Virus record (IMG/VR): IMGVR_UViG_3300010938_000009
Span: 1 to 64,000 of that record
Source: a virus
DNA: 64,000 nt
Direction: 5' to 3' (one strand)
Shown: piece after piece, positions 30,363 through 38,846 of the stretch
Layout of the letters: each line of letters opens with the position of its first letter
Numbering within the stretch: position 1 is the first letter of the stretch
The notes under the pieces: generated by a model
Database searches by the model: none
Told to the model about the DNA's origin: nothing
The model's input: only the letters and a program-made list of their open reading frames with translations
Program-made: the position numbers and the translations under genes

Positions 30363-30996
30363 TTAATAATACCTTTGTACTTTCAGGAAACTTATCCTGT
30401 AGTATCTGTTTAATTTGTTCAGCTATAATACGTACTTCTTTTTGAGCGTGAGGGTCTAGTCTTAGTTTTAAAAAATGTACAAAATTACGTAAGTTACCCG
30501 TCATATAAAATTTAGTCATTAAATTCTGAGGTAATACCGCTCTGGCTTGTTCCCTTGATAATCCATTTTTTAACAAGTCCTCATATAGTTGCAAGGACCG
30601 TTGACAATGAGCGTAAAAAGCGGCGTACATAGTTTTAGCTCTAGTTAGGTCTAAACTGCCTTCTGAAGCTTGTTTATTGTTTTTTGATTGTTCTCTAAAG
30701 TCGTCAATAGGCGGAATATAAAACTCGATATTTTCAGCAGTATATCTGCGACTAATTTCATTAAAAGACATAGTTCTGTGCCTATGTATTTGACTTCTAA
30801 TATATAAAGGACACTCTATAATTACTGTGAGCACATTAGCTTCAAAAGGAGTCATGTGTTGATTATCAGCTAAATATTTAAGTAGTTTAAGATCTTTATC
30901 ATCTAGCTTATCTTTTTGTTTACCAAAACTAATTCTAGCAGCATTAACTGGTCGAAGGTCGTCTCCCATGTGATCGATATATGTGACTTTAAGCAT
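30355..30996 (-). CDS. thyX: FAD-dependent thymidylate synthase
   Basis: AARISF, H.TPFE, RHRTMSFNEISRRY, EQAR.VLP, R...HAQ.E; ATG at 30996 coupled by TAATG. Confidence 0.93.
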   Translation of the reverse strand: MLKVTYIDHMGDDLRPVNAARISFGKQKDKLDDKDLKLLKYLADNQHMTPFEANVLTVIIECPLYIRSQIHRHRTMSFNEISRRYTAENIEFYIPPIDDFREQSKNNKQASEGSLDLTRAKTMYAAFYAHCQRSLQLYEDLLKNGLSREQARAVLPQNLMTKFYMTGNLRNFVHFLKLRLDPHAQKEVRIIAEQIKQILQDKFPESTKVLLND

Positions 30997-31160
30997 TAAA
31001 ACCTCCACGCCCAACTAGGTCCGACATAACAATATTCATGTTTACCCATTTCATCCACCTTACAACCTATAGCTAGTCTATCAGGACTTCGGCAACTTGT
31101 TGTTAATAACAGTAGTATTATCATTACTATTATTATATGTATTATTAGTATCCTTTTCAT
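30996..31160 (-). CDS. Small lipoprotein (54 aa), absent from the ORF track
   Basis: MKRILIIHIIIVMIILLLLTTSC...YCYVGPSWAWRF*; stop overlaps the thyX ATG. Confidence 0.55.
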   Translation of the reverse strand: MKRILIIHIIIVMIILLLLTTSCRSPDRLAIGCKVDEMGKHEYCYVGPSWAWRF

Positions 31161-31222
31161 CTTTAGTTTCCTTTAATAGTTTTCTAGTTCTTTTATAAAT
31201 ATTTGACTCTACTCCAAATTTA

Positions 31223-31320
31223 TTAGCTAGGTTTCTTAGTTTCTTGTTCATATAATAGTTTACCTAATTCTGTAGTTTTAGCTAATTCTTCTCTTTTCCA
31301 TTGTTTATACAGTTTTCTAT
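31223..31320 (-). pseudogene. Gene remnant ending WKREELAKTTELGKLLYEQ...
   Basis: No start after an upstream TAG; repeats the 28021-28057 tail. Confidence 0.5.
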
Positions 31321-31386
31321 ACTACTCTGTGTATAATCCGAATATAGTATTTTCATTAAAGTTTGTTGTGTAACGAATACTATCAA

Positions 31387-32031
31387 TTAAATGATCTTGT
31401 TTATCTTTTGAAATAACTCCTCCAAAGTACCTTTATTATCGATTACTTCGTTAAACTCGTAATCGTCTAAATCTCTTTCACTAGCGTCAGTACTAGGACT
31501 ACTATCAAATCTATTAATTCTTACAGTAACTAGTTCCTTACCAAAAGCTGCTCGTAGTTGTTCTACTTCAGATTTATAACGTAGGTCACTTATAACAAAT
31601 TTATCACTTATACCGTTAGCTCCACAAACATCATTAGCATAAGATTCGTAAGCTCTAGTACTTTTAATACTACTAATTACTGACTCTACCCAATAACTAG
31701 AGTTTACTGCTCGCTTTATTGAACCTTCTAGTATACATAAGGCTCTAGGAGTCCAATATAGTTTACCTTCTAGTTCAGCAAACTCTCCTTTAAGTATATC
31801 GTGAATAGCTGCTGTAAACTTATCTTTTGATTCAACTGGGTATTCTAATAAAGGTAGTTCTTTAAGATTTTGTTCGTATACGCTTGCGTAAGGTATTTTA
31901 TAAGTATCGGCTACCATATTTTTAAGTTTGTCGGCAAAAGCCTCTCTTTTAAAACTATGTTCTTTAACTAGATAATTAGCTACAGTATCTTTTCCAGAAC
32001 CTTTATAACCACTTACAGCAATTACTTTCAT
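31387..32031 (-). CDS. Deoxynucleoside monophosphate kinase
   Basis: G.KGSGKDT.A, FAD.LK, TPR, YWV, ISD.R...E, SE..LD, N.GT. Confidence 0.85.
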   Translation of the reverse strand: MKVIAVSGYKGSGKDTVANYLVKEHSFKREAFADKLKNMVADTYKIPYASVYEQNLKELPLLEYPVESKDKFTAAIHDILKGEFAELEGKLYWTPRALCILEGSIKRAVNSSYWVESVISSIKSTRAYESYANDVCGANGISDKFVISDLRYKSEVEQLRAAFGKELVTVRINRFDSSPSTDASERDLDDYEFNEVIDNKGTLEELFQKINKII

Positions 32032-33011
32032 TGTTCACCTTTCAATACTGTATTGCCCTTATAATATAAGTAAGGGGCCATATAGTACATTATAACAGGT
32101 ATTCCTAGTTTGTCAACTAGTTTTTCTAATTCTTCCCAACCTTCTTTAGTAGCGAATACAAAATCTCCATGATACCTAATAACTTTAAATTTGTCGTTAG
32201 ATAACTTATCTATAATTAAGTCTCCATTAGGTTTACCGTTATTAATACTATAAGGTTGTAGTTCATTTTTAGTTACTATTAGTTCTTTTTTTGTGTCAGC
32301 ATTATGAGCTTCATCTATTATAACAGTTTTAGCAGGTATACCTTTAAGGTTAAGTCTAAATAGTGTGTAAACTAGTGTAGCTTTACGTAATAGGTTTTCA
32401 AACTTAACTGCTAGTCCTTTACCTGGTTTTAAATAGAAATGTAGTAAATGCGGTTTATCCTTAAGTAATTCTCTAGTTCCGTTAAAGTATTCAAAGTAGA
32501 CTTTTTTAGCAGCTGATTCATTAATACCTGTATGAGCGCCTCTAGTTACTATTAAGTTTTTACCGTAATTAGCTCTTAATAAAGTATCGGTATTCTTAAC
32601 TCTTATATTAGAATATTTACTTTCTTCGTTAACTTCGTTAACTAAAGCGTAAAATACTGGTTTTTTAGTACCTACTAACACGTCATCAATACTAGCTATA
32701 GTTTTAGCGTTATCTTCGTCAGAGTTTTCCCACTGACCTACTAATACAAAATACCTATAACCCCACATAACTGCTAAGTCTGCGAAATCTTTAATAGCAG
32801 ATTTATTGTCGTCATTAACCCTAATAAAGTTAGCCCCGAAGTCGTATATTTGACTATGATCTCCAGATTTATTAGGAGCTGTAACTCCTCTAACAAATCC
32901 TTCTCCGCCCCCTACTAATCTTTTTAGAATAGGAGCTGGCAACATTAGTAGAAAACTACCTACAATATAAGCAAAAAGTTTATGTAATATATACATATTA
33001 AATATCTCCAT
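32028..33011 (-). CDS. Membrane-anchored hypothetical protein (possible TIM-barrel/glycosidase-like fold)
   Basis: N-terminal hydrophobic segment; GANFIRV, LVNEVNE, H.Y, IIDE; weak resemblance only. Confidence 0.4.
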   Translation of the reverse strand: MEIFNMYILHKLFAYIVGSFLLMLPAPILKRLVGGGEGFVRGVTAPNKSGDHSQIYDFGANFIRVNDDNKSAIKDFADLAVMWGYRYFVLVGQWENSDEDNAKTIASIDDVLVGTKKPVFYALVNEVNEESKYSNIRVKNTDTLLRANYGKNLIVTRGAHTGINESAAKKVYFEYFNGTRELLKDKPHLLHFYLKPGKGLAVKFENLLRKATLVYTLFRLNLKGIPAKTVIIDEAHNADTKKELIVTKNELQPYSINNGKPNGDLIIDKLSNDKFKVIRYHGDFVFATKEGWEELEKLVDKLGIPVIMYYMAPYLYYKGNTVLKGEQ

Positions 33012-33255
33012 TTTCTTTCATTTTTTCTAATTCATATTCTGATACTGTCCGACGGTAGAACTCTAACTTAGCGCACTCCATTACTCCTATTAAACTATTA
33101 GCTACATAGTAACTTTGGTCGCTTTGTTCCCAACAAATCTTTAACATACTACTTATTATGTAATTTAGTTCCCCTTCGGTTCCTGGGGTTTTTTCTTTGA
33201 ACTCGCTTAGTATTTTGTCGTATTTGTCTCTTAGGTTTCCTTTTATGTAAGGCAT
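32998..33255 (-). CDS. Conserved phage protein (DUF6899-like)
   Basis: MPYI...R; GELNY.I; G..ECAKLEFYRR....YE..K..ENGD. Confidence 0.7.
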   Translation of the reverse strand: MPYIKGNLRDKYDKILSEFKEKTPGTEGELNYIISSMLKICWEQSDQSYYVANSLIGVMECAKLEFYRRTVSEYELEKMKENGDI

Positions 33256-33526
33256 CGTTTGGCTCCTGTTTTGGTAACTCTGTACCGTATAATAAACTCC
33301 ATAATTCTAAATTACCTTTTGGTAAATCTTTTTTAGCAATACTATAAATACTATTTTGAGTATAAATAGTAGGCGGTTTTTCTGTAATCTTTTTTATAGC
33401 TGACGTATAAATAAACTGTCCCGTAAAAAACTTAGGATTACCTATAGCGTATCCTGAAGCTCTATAACCGTATTCAGTTTTAATAAAAGTTACGTTTTTT
33501 AGTTTAAATTTTTTTTCTTTTTTCAT
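33149..33526 (-). CDS. Hypothetical protein
   Basis: G...G.P.F..G..I.TS.I...T.NS.Y followed by ELWSLLYG. Confidence 0.55.
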   Translation of the reverse strand: MKKEKKFKLKNVTFIKTEYGYRASGYAIGNPKFFTGQFIYTSAIKKITEKPPTIYTQNSIYSIAKKDLPKGNLELWSLLYGTELPKQEPNDALHKRKPKRQIRQNTKRVQRKNPRNRRGTKLHNK

Positions 33527-33878
33527 TTAGTTTTCTTAATATAAACTCTTTGTCCCATCCATTCTTTACAAGGTAAATCATCCACATAACTAATTGGTTT
33601 ACTTATTATTAAGTCTACGTATTCTTCTAACTGTAAAATTCTAACTACTTCTTTAGCTCAATCTCAACCGCCAGCGCTCCACACTACTATCTTTTTACCT
33701 TCAGATTTATACCTCTTTAATAGATTAATATGTTTTGATGAGGTATCAAGTTATAAATACATCTACTTTGTGGATCATTAAATTCTAAAGTATTACCTTC
33801 TTCCGATTTATCTCCTTATATAACTAGCGTATTATCACAATCACAATAAATTACTGGATCATCCTCTAATATAAACAT
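33523..33878 (-). pseudogene. HAD-superfamily hydrolase pseudogene
   Basis: IYCDCDNTLVI*G...PHQ(fs)HINLLK...VVWSAGG*D*AKEVV..L.L......KP..YVDD; three in-frame stops and one frameshift. Confidence 0.75.
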
Positions 33879-34087
33879 TAGTCTTTATCCTCTAAAGCGA
33901 AAGGGGCTTCGTGTATAGTACTATTCCAGTAAATAACACAACCTTCTTTTTTAATATCTTTTCTATCAGGTACTAAATAACTTTGGTAAGTATCAGGTAC
34001 TCCTAAGTATCTAGCACAAGTAGCCCTTACAGGGCAAACTTTAGTACCACATTTACTAATACCTTGACATAAACTATAATCTGGCAT
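33878..34087 (-). CDS. Small Cys-rich phage protein
   Basis: MPD.S.C.G...CP.R..C.RY...YQSY...C..YW. Confidence 0.6.
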   Translation of the reverse strand: MPDYSLCQGISKCGTKVCPVRATCARYLGVPDTYQSYLVPDRKDIKKEGCVIYWNSTIHEAPFALEDKD

Positions 34088-34158
34088 AATTACTTCCTAA
34101 CTCCGTTACTAGTTCCATTTTCTGTATGCATTAAATCAAATAATTCAAATATAGTCAT

Positions 34159-34536
34159 CTACTTACCCTCATTAATATATTTATATAATGACTCAAGCTG
34201 TTCTTTACTAAATTTATACTTAGGCATCATATTAGTACTACGTCTAGGCTTATAACCTTCAGGGTACTTACCTTCGTTTACTTTCAAGTTAATTAAAGCT
34301 TGACTACTAGGTTTAAGTTCAGGACCTACAGCACCTACTTTACTTGTATCACTATTATGACAATGAGTGCAAGTTTTATTATAAATAAACTTACCTTTTT
34401 CTAAAGTAGGAATTTCATTAGGTTTGGGTATATCGTGCGTATGATCTTTGTGTTCATTAATATTATATCTAATCAAACTTAAAATTACTATTAAAGTTAC
34501 CACGAATAATACAAATCTAACTATTATAGCTATCAT
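34159..34536 (-). CDS. Membrane-anchored class I cytochrome c
   Basis: N-terminal TM; G..IY...CTHCH; GPEL; MMP distal Met; C-terminal helix. Confidence 0.85.
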   Translation of the reverse strand: MIAIIVRFVLFVVTLIVILSLIRYNINEHKDHTHDIPKPNEIPTLEKGKFIYNKTCTHCHNSDTSKVGAVGPELKPSSQALINLKVNEGKYPEGYKPRRSTNMMPKYKFSKEQLESLYKYINEGK

Positions 34537-34744
34537 ATTTATGATTTAACCTCTTTTTATTAAGTTGTATTACTATTATTAAAGCTCCTATAAAAGCTAT
34601 GGCTGTAGGAGCAGTAGCTACAGGTAAACCTAGTTTAAATATAGCTAGAAGTAGTAACTCTTTAATAAAGTATTGTAAAGTGTAGTATATCATTAAAAAT
34701 TGAAAAAGCAACATTAAACTAAAGATATATTTATTATTCAACAT
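34517..34744 (-). CDS. Small membrane protein
   Basis: Two hydrophobic segments. Confidence 0.5.
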   Translation of the reverse strand: MLNNKYIFSLMLLFQFLMIYYTLQYFIKELLLLAIFKLGLPVATAPTAIAFIGALIIVIQLNKKRLNHKYDSYNS

Positions 34745-34943
34745 ATAGTCCCTCCGTTAATTCTGTAACTAACATGAAATTAGCTAGGGGATTTAAATGT
34801 TTCCATTGTAAACTTAAAGTGCTTCCATTAAGAATTACTTCGAATCTATACTCATTACAAACTTTTACTATGGCTTTTTCATATTTATTATTACTATTTA
34901 AATAAATTATTTTATCACCTGGTTTAAAATTTAAAGGTTTCAT
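34734..34943 (-). CDS. SH3/KOW-like small protein with TELxxxLY tail
   Basis: FKPGDKI...; ends LVTELTEGLYVE. Confidence 0.55.
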   Translation of the reverse strand: MKPLNFKPGDKIIYLNSNNKYEKAIVKVCNEYRFEVILNGSTLSLQWKHLNPLANFMLVTELTEGLYVE

Positions 34944-34964
34944 AAATATAGCTCCTTAATATTA

Positions 34965-35039
34965 TGGTAGCGGTGGTAGGAATCGAACCTACTTTCTTCA
35001 GATTATGAGCCTGACGACTTACTACTTGTCCTCACCGCA
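34965..35039 (-). tRNA. tRNA-Met(CAT), initiator-like
   Basis: Cloverleaf TGCGGTG/CACCGCT, anticodon loop CTCATAA, T-loop TTCGATT, encoded CCA; 1:72 mismatch and A11:U24. Confidence 0.88.
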
Positions 35040-35045
35040 ATATAA

Positions 35046-35075
35046 AGTATACTATAAGAATAACTACGTTGTCAA
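35046..35075 (-). promoter_or_regulatory. Sigma70-like promoter for the tRNA
   Basis: TTGACA-N18-TATACT directly upstream of the tRNA. Confidence 0.65.
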
Positions 35076-35080
35076 GTATA

Positions 35081-35120
35081 AAAATAAAAAAAGACTAGCA
35101 ACTTTATAGTTACTAGTCTT
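35081..35120 (-). terminator. Rho-independent terminator after RNR
   Basis: AAGACTAGTAACT-ATAA-AGTTGCTAGTCTT followed by a U tract. Confidence 0.7.
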
Positions 35121-35150
35121 ATTATAAGTATAGTTAGTATTTCTAAGGGT

Positions 35151-36929
35151 TTAGGTTATTTCACATATTCCTGAAGTACAGTCTGTTTCTACAGCTTTAA
35201 TAACTTCATTATTATATTTAAGTTTAGCTTCTTCTAAAGTTAAAGCTTTTAGTGGAGGTTCGTGTACAACTCCGTTATCATCTACATAACCTCTTGTATT
35301 CTCTCTATAAAAAGTAATACCTTTAATATAAGGTAAATACTCTAACCATAGTTTAGACATATCTTCAATAGGGTAGTCTTCAGGTATATTAATAGTTTTT
35401 GATACTGCGTTATCTACGTGTTTTTGTATAATTCTTTGTACTTCTATATGGTCTTTTACACTTAAGTCTCTAGCGCCTTTAAAATGTTCTACAGATCTAT
35501 TTTGTTCTAAGAATTGTGCAAATAGAGGGTGGTAAACTAACTCCACTTTTCTAGAATCTCCATCCCAATAACGCCTTTCATAAGCAGGAGCAAACATAGG
35601 TTCGATACCACTAGAACAATTACCTGATAGAATGCTAACAGTCCCAGTGGGAGCTTGAGTAAGAATAGCACAATTTCTAATACCATGCTCAGCAATTAAA
35701 GACTTAATTTTAGAAGGCATTCGTTTAACAAATCCTGATTCAATATGTAAATCTGGTCTACAAGCAGGAAAGGCTCCTTTTTCTATAGCTAACATAATAC
35801 TAGCTTCGTAAGCTACTTTAGAAATGAATCTGTAAAGTTTATCTATAAATTTATTACCTTCTTCACTACCATATTTATAATCTAATAAAGCTAAAGTGTC
35901 AGCTAACCCTGTAGTTCCTAAACCTATTCTTCTAAGTTTGTGGGATTTCTCTTTCATTTCAGGTAAAGGATAAGAGTTAACTGTTAGTACGTTATCTAAA
36001 AAACGAACAGCACTACGAACAGTGTCTCCTAAAAGCGCATAATTAACTTCCCCTTCAGTTATAAATCTAGGTAGTACAATATGCCCTAAACAACAACAAT
36101 CAAAAGCACTAAGAGCTATTTCTCCGCAAGGATTTGTGGTAACTAGGTCTTCGATATAGTAAATATTAGACTCACTTAAAACTAATTCCCAATTTAAAAA
36201 TCCAGGTTCTGCGGAATTATAAGCATTAGTAACAATTTTATTCCATAAATCTCTAGCTTTTATAATTCTTTTATATTTACCTTTCCAAGATAATTCCCAA
36301 TCTAAATCTTTTTCTACTGCTTTAATAAATTCTTTTGTTCTTTTACTTCTCACACTAATATTAGCGTGAGTTAGTTGTCCTTTTTGTAGTTTAGCATCTA
36401 AAAATTCTTCTATGTCAGGATGATCTAAATCCAATGAAAACATTAAAGCTACTCTTCTTTGACCTCCAGCCTTTACAGGCTTGGCACAACCATCCATTAA
36501 TTTCATTAATTCAACAGGACCAGGAGCTTCACCTTTTTGTTGGTTTATTATTGCTCCTCTAGGTCTTATATCAGAAAACTCATCACCGCAGCCGCCGCCA
36601 GTCATAGAAGTTATTATCATATTTTTAGCGGAATTTCCCCAACCTTCTTTTGAATCTTTATTAGGATCTAAAACAAAACAATTTAATAACTGTGGATTAG
36701 TTCTACCTGAATTATACCAAATTCTTCCACCTGGTACAAATAAATTTTTTATTAATATATCTTTAAATTTTTCTTCGTATATCTTTTGTTTATCTGGAAT
36801 TTCAGCTATAGCCATTTGTCTAGAAACTCTAGAACAAGCTTCTGACCAAGTTTCTTCTGTTGTAAAAGCATATCTTTTTTTGAATATATCTAATGAAAGT
36901 CCTTGAGGCTCGTAAAGATTATCAGACAT
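35151..36929 (-). CDS. nrdJ: Adenosylcobalamin-dependent (class II) ribonucleotide reductase
   Basis: F.PGGRI, LLNCFV, TNPCGEI, R.IGLG..GLAD, APTGT.S...SSGIEP, VD.AVSKTIN, C-terminal C..G.C; no nrdB in window. Confidence 0.85.
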   Translation of the reverse strand: MSDNLYEPQGLSLDIFKKRYAFTTEETWSEACSRVSRQMAIAEIPDKQKIYEEKFKDILIKNLFVPGGRIWYNSGRTNPQLLNCFVLDPNKDSKEGWGNSAKNMIITSMTGGGCGDEFSDIRPRGAIINQQKGEAPGPVELMKLMDGCAKPVKAGGQRRVALMFSLDLDHPDIEEFLDAKLQKGQLTHANISVRSKRTKEFIKAVEKDLDWELSWKGKYKRIIKARDLWNKIVTNAYNSAEPGFLNWELVLSESNIYYIEDLVTTNPCGEIALSAFDCCCLGHIVLPRFITEGEVNYALLGDTVRSAVRFLDNVLTVNSYPLPEMKEKSHKLRRIGLGTTGLADTLALLDYKYGSEEGNKFIDKLYRFISKVAYEASIMLAIEKGAFPACRPDLHIESGFVKRMPSKIKSLIAEHGIRNCAILTQAPTGTVSILSGNCSSGIEPMFAPAYERRYWDGDSRKVELVYHPLFAQFLEQNRSVEHFKGARDLSVKDHIEVQRIIQKHVDNAVSKTINIPEDYPIEDMSKLWLEYLPYIKGITFYRENTRGYVDDNGVVHEPPLKALTLEEAKLKYNNEVIKAVETDCTSGICEIT

Positions 36930-36949
36930 TATATCTCCTATCTAAGTTG

Positions 36950-37225
36950 TTATTTTGTTGGATATCTTGGTACTACTTGTAAGTATTGTTCTCCTACATC
37001 GTCCTGTTCTAGCATTATAATATAATTACTAGTATAAGCTACTAAATAACTTATAGTACCTATATTACAAGTATATTCTACATGTTCTATAGTCTCGTTA
37101 TACTTATCTAGTATCTGATCTAGTTCGTGTTTAAGAGTTGTATTAAGGTATACAGCGTCTTCTATCCAGTATTCATTATTCAATCTAATATTTAGTACTT
37201 CTTCAGTTAAGTTACCATATCTCAT
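36950..37225 (-). CDS. Hypothetical protein
   Basis: 91 aa coupled ORF. Confidence 0.5.
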   Translation of the reverse strand: MRYGNLTEEVLNIRLNNEYWIEDAVYLNTTLKHELDQILDKYNETIEHVEYTCNIGTISYLVAYTSNYIIMLEQDDVGEQYLQVVPRYPTK

Positions 37226-37539
37226 TTTGATTTAAACTCCGTGTATTGTTCTAGTAAGTCTTTATGTAGTTCTATAAGTAGATCTATAAACTTTAATCGT
37301 TCAGACTTAACTCCTTCATTATAGCCCATTGCATAAGAAGTATTAGTAGGAGATAGGTCGTTTATAGGTTTTACCTTAGTTTTAAGGTGTTCCATCATAT
37401 AACGTACTATAAACATAGCTTCGTCCATCCAAGCTTCTTGTCGCTCTTTTGATATGTGTTTCCACCTAAGCTTAGTACCAGTTTCCCTATAAGCATAATG
37501 TTCAAACATAGTTTTAGCTAGTTCTTCTATTGTAGTCAT
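37222..37539 (-). CDS. Hypothetical protein
   Basis: 105 aa coupled ORF. Confidence 0.55.
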   Translation of the reverse strand: MTTIEELAKTMFEHYAYRETGTKLRWKHISKERQEAWMDEAMFIVRYMMEHLKTKVKPINDLSPTNTSYAMGYNEGVKSERLKFIDLLIELHKDLLEQYTEFKSK

Positions 37540-37871
37540 TAATTCTTATCCCAATAGTCTTGTATTTCTTTGTCGGTTTTATTAGTTTGGTCGCCACTAA
37601 TTTTTTTTCTTTGTTCAGCTAATTGTACCATAGCTTTAGTCAAATCGTCAATCTCTTTATTCAATAATTTTCTTTCTTTTAGCATTTCATTAATTTCAGC
37701 TTCTAACAGGTCAGCTTCTTTTTGAGTATTAGCTAGAGCTATTCTAGCTTTTAAAGCTTTAGCTTCCTTATTTTTAAGGTTAATGTAGTACAGTAATAAA
37801 CCTATAACTACTCCTAATACTATAGTAATATTAGCGTAAATATTTTTAAAAAAATCTTTAATTTTACTCAT
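37539..37871 (-). CDS. TM plus coiled-coil protein (i-spanin-like topology)
   Basis: Single N-terminal TM then heptad repeats. Confidence 0.5.
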   Translation of the reverse strand: MSKIKDFFKNIYANITIVLGVVIGLLLYYINLKNKEAKALKARIALANTQKEADLLEAEINEMLKERKLLNKEIDDLTKAMVQLAEQRKKISGDQTNKTDKEIQDYWDKN

Positions 37872-38421
37872 TGTTTTTAGTCCTTTTAACAGTTACACCT
37901 TGTTCATTAACTCTAAGTTCCTCAAAATATACTTTACCAGCTTTAATAGCATTTTTAATAAGTTTTTGTCGTTTACTAGTTTTACTGTTACCTGATTTAA
38001 CTTCAATAAATACTACTTCAGCGTCATCAAAATTAAAATACAGATAATCAATAGGAGTACCTAAATGTCTTAGATTTTGACTATCATAAGGTAAACCTTG
38101 TAATATTGGAACTAGATTTTCTGTTATATTACCCAAACGTGTCTCAGATGATTTCTTCATTGATAAAATAGATCTACTTTTTTCTCTTTCTAAACCTAAA
38201 TCTTCTTGTGTTTTAAATAAATCTTCTTGTAATTCTCTATTACCTTTAAGTAATTGTTCGTTGTCTACTCTAAGTTGCATTAAATGGTCTTGTTCATCTA
38301 TATACTTACCTAATATTTCAGCTCTCTCTACTTTTATATTAGTCATTTCTTTTTTTAATGTATAGTTATTATAAATTAATAATAATATACCTAATAATAA
38401 AATTATTACTGCAGTTTCCAT
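37864..38421 (-). CDS. Membrane-anchored Holliday-junction-resolvase-like PD-(D/E)XK nuclease
   Basis: G.I.E...P; LG.PID.L.F...F.EVKSG....S.RQ..I...I..G.V.F. Confidence 0.75.
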   Translation of the reverse strand: METAVIILLLGILLLIYNNYTLKKEMTNIKVERAEILGKYIDEQDHLMQLRVDNEQLLKGNRELQEDLFKTQEDLGLEREKSRSILSMKKSSETRLGNITENLVPILQGLPYDSQNLRHLGTPIDYLYFNFDDAEVVFIEVKSGNSKTSKRQKLIKNAIKAGKVYFEELRVNEQGVTVKRTKNNE

Positions 38422-38846
38422 TATCTACTCCAAAATTTAGAAGCTACGTAACCTGCTCCTATAGTTAATATAACTCCACCTATTACAAATATTAAGTCTC
38501 TTTTACCTCTACCGTCCTCAGACTCTATTAACTTTCTAGTAGAATCTTCAGCTCTAATACGCCATAGTTCAGCTTTATCTCGTTCTTTATTTGTAATACT
38601 TTCTTGTAGTCTAATACTCTCATTAAGTAGATTAACTTGTTTATTAAGTAGTTCTAACTGTTGAGTAAAGAACTTATTTTCTTCATTCATTATTCTAACT
38701 TTTAGTTCTTTTTCAGGAGAAAAGAGAAAGCCACTACATGGAGCGGCTTCCCCTTTATTTAGAAAGGTAACATCCTTGATACACTCTGCTAAACTAATAT
38801 TAACTATACTTATTAACATTATTAAACTAATTAACTTACTTAACAT
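38421..38846 (-). CDS. Signal peptide, coiled coil and C-terminal TM protein (possible spanin)
   Basis: SP ending SLA; G..AP.SG.L; C-terminal TM. Confidence 0.5.
   Translation of the reverse strand: MLSKLISLIMLISIVNISLAECIKDVTFLNKGEAAPCSGFLFSPEKELKVRIMNEENKFFTQQLELLNKQVNLLNESIRLQESITNKERDKAELWRIRAEDSTRKLIESEDGRGKRDLIFVIGGVILTIGAGYVASKFWSR

Noticed and set aside
33658-33666. TGA=Trp recoding suggested by GG*D*A
   Set aside because: TGA ends many genes with ATGA coupling (for example 32028, 50731, 52559, 59824). TGG is used normally, and the same gene also has a TAA and a frameshift.
34165-34210. KEQLESLY in cytochrome c as another LY peptide
   Set aside because: It is explained by the normal C-terminal helix of class I cytochrome c.
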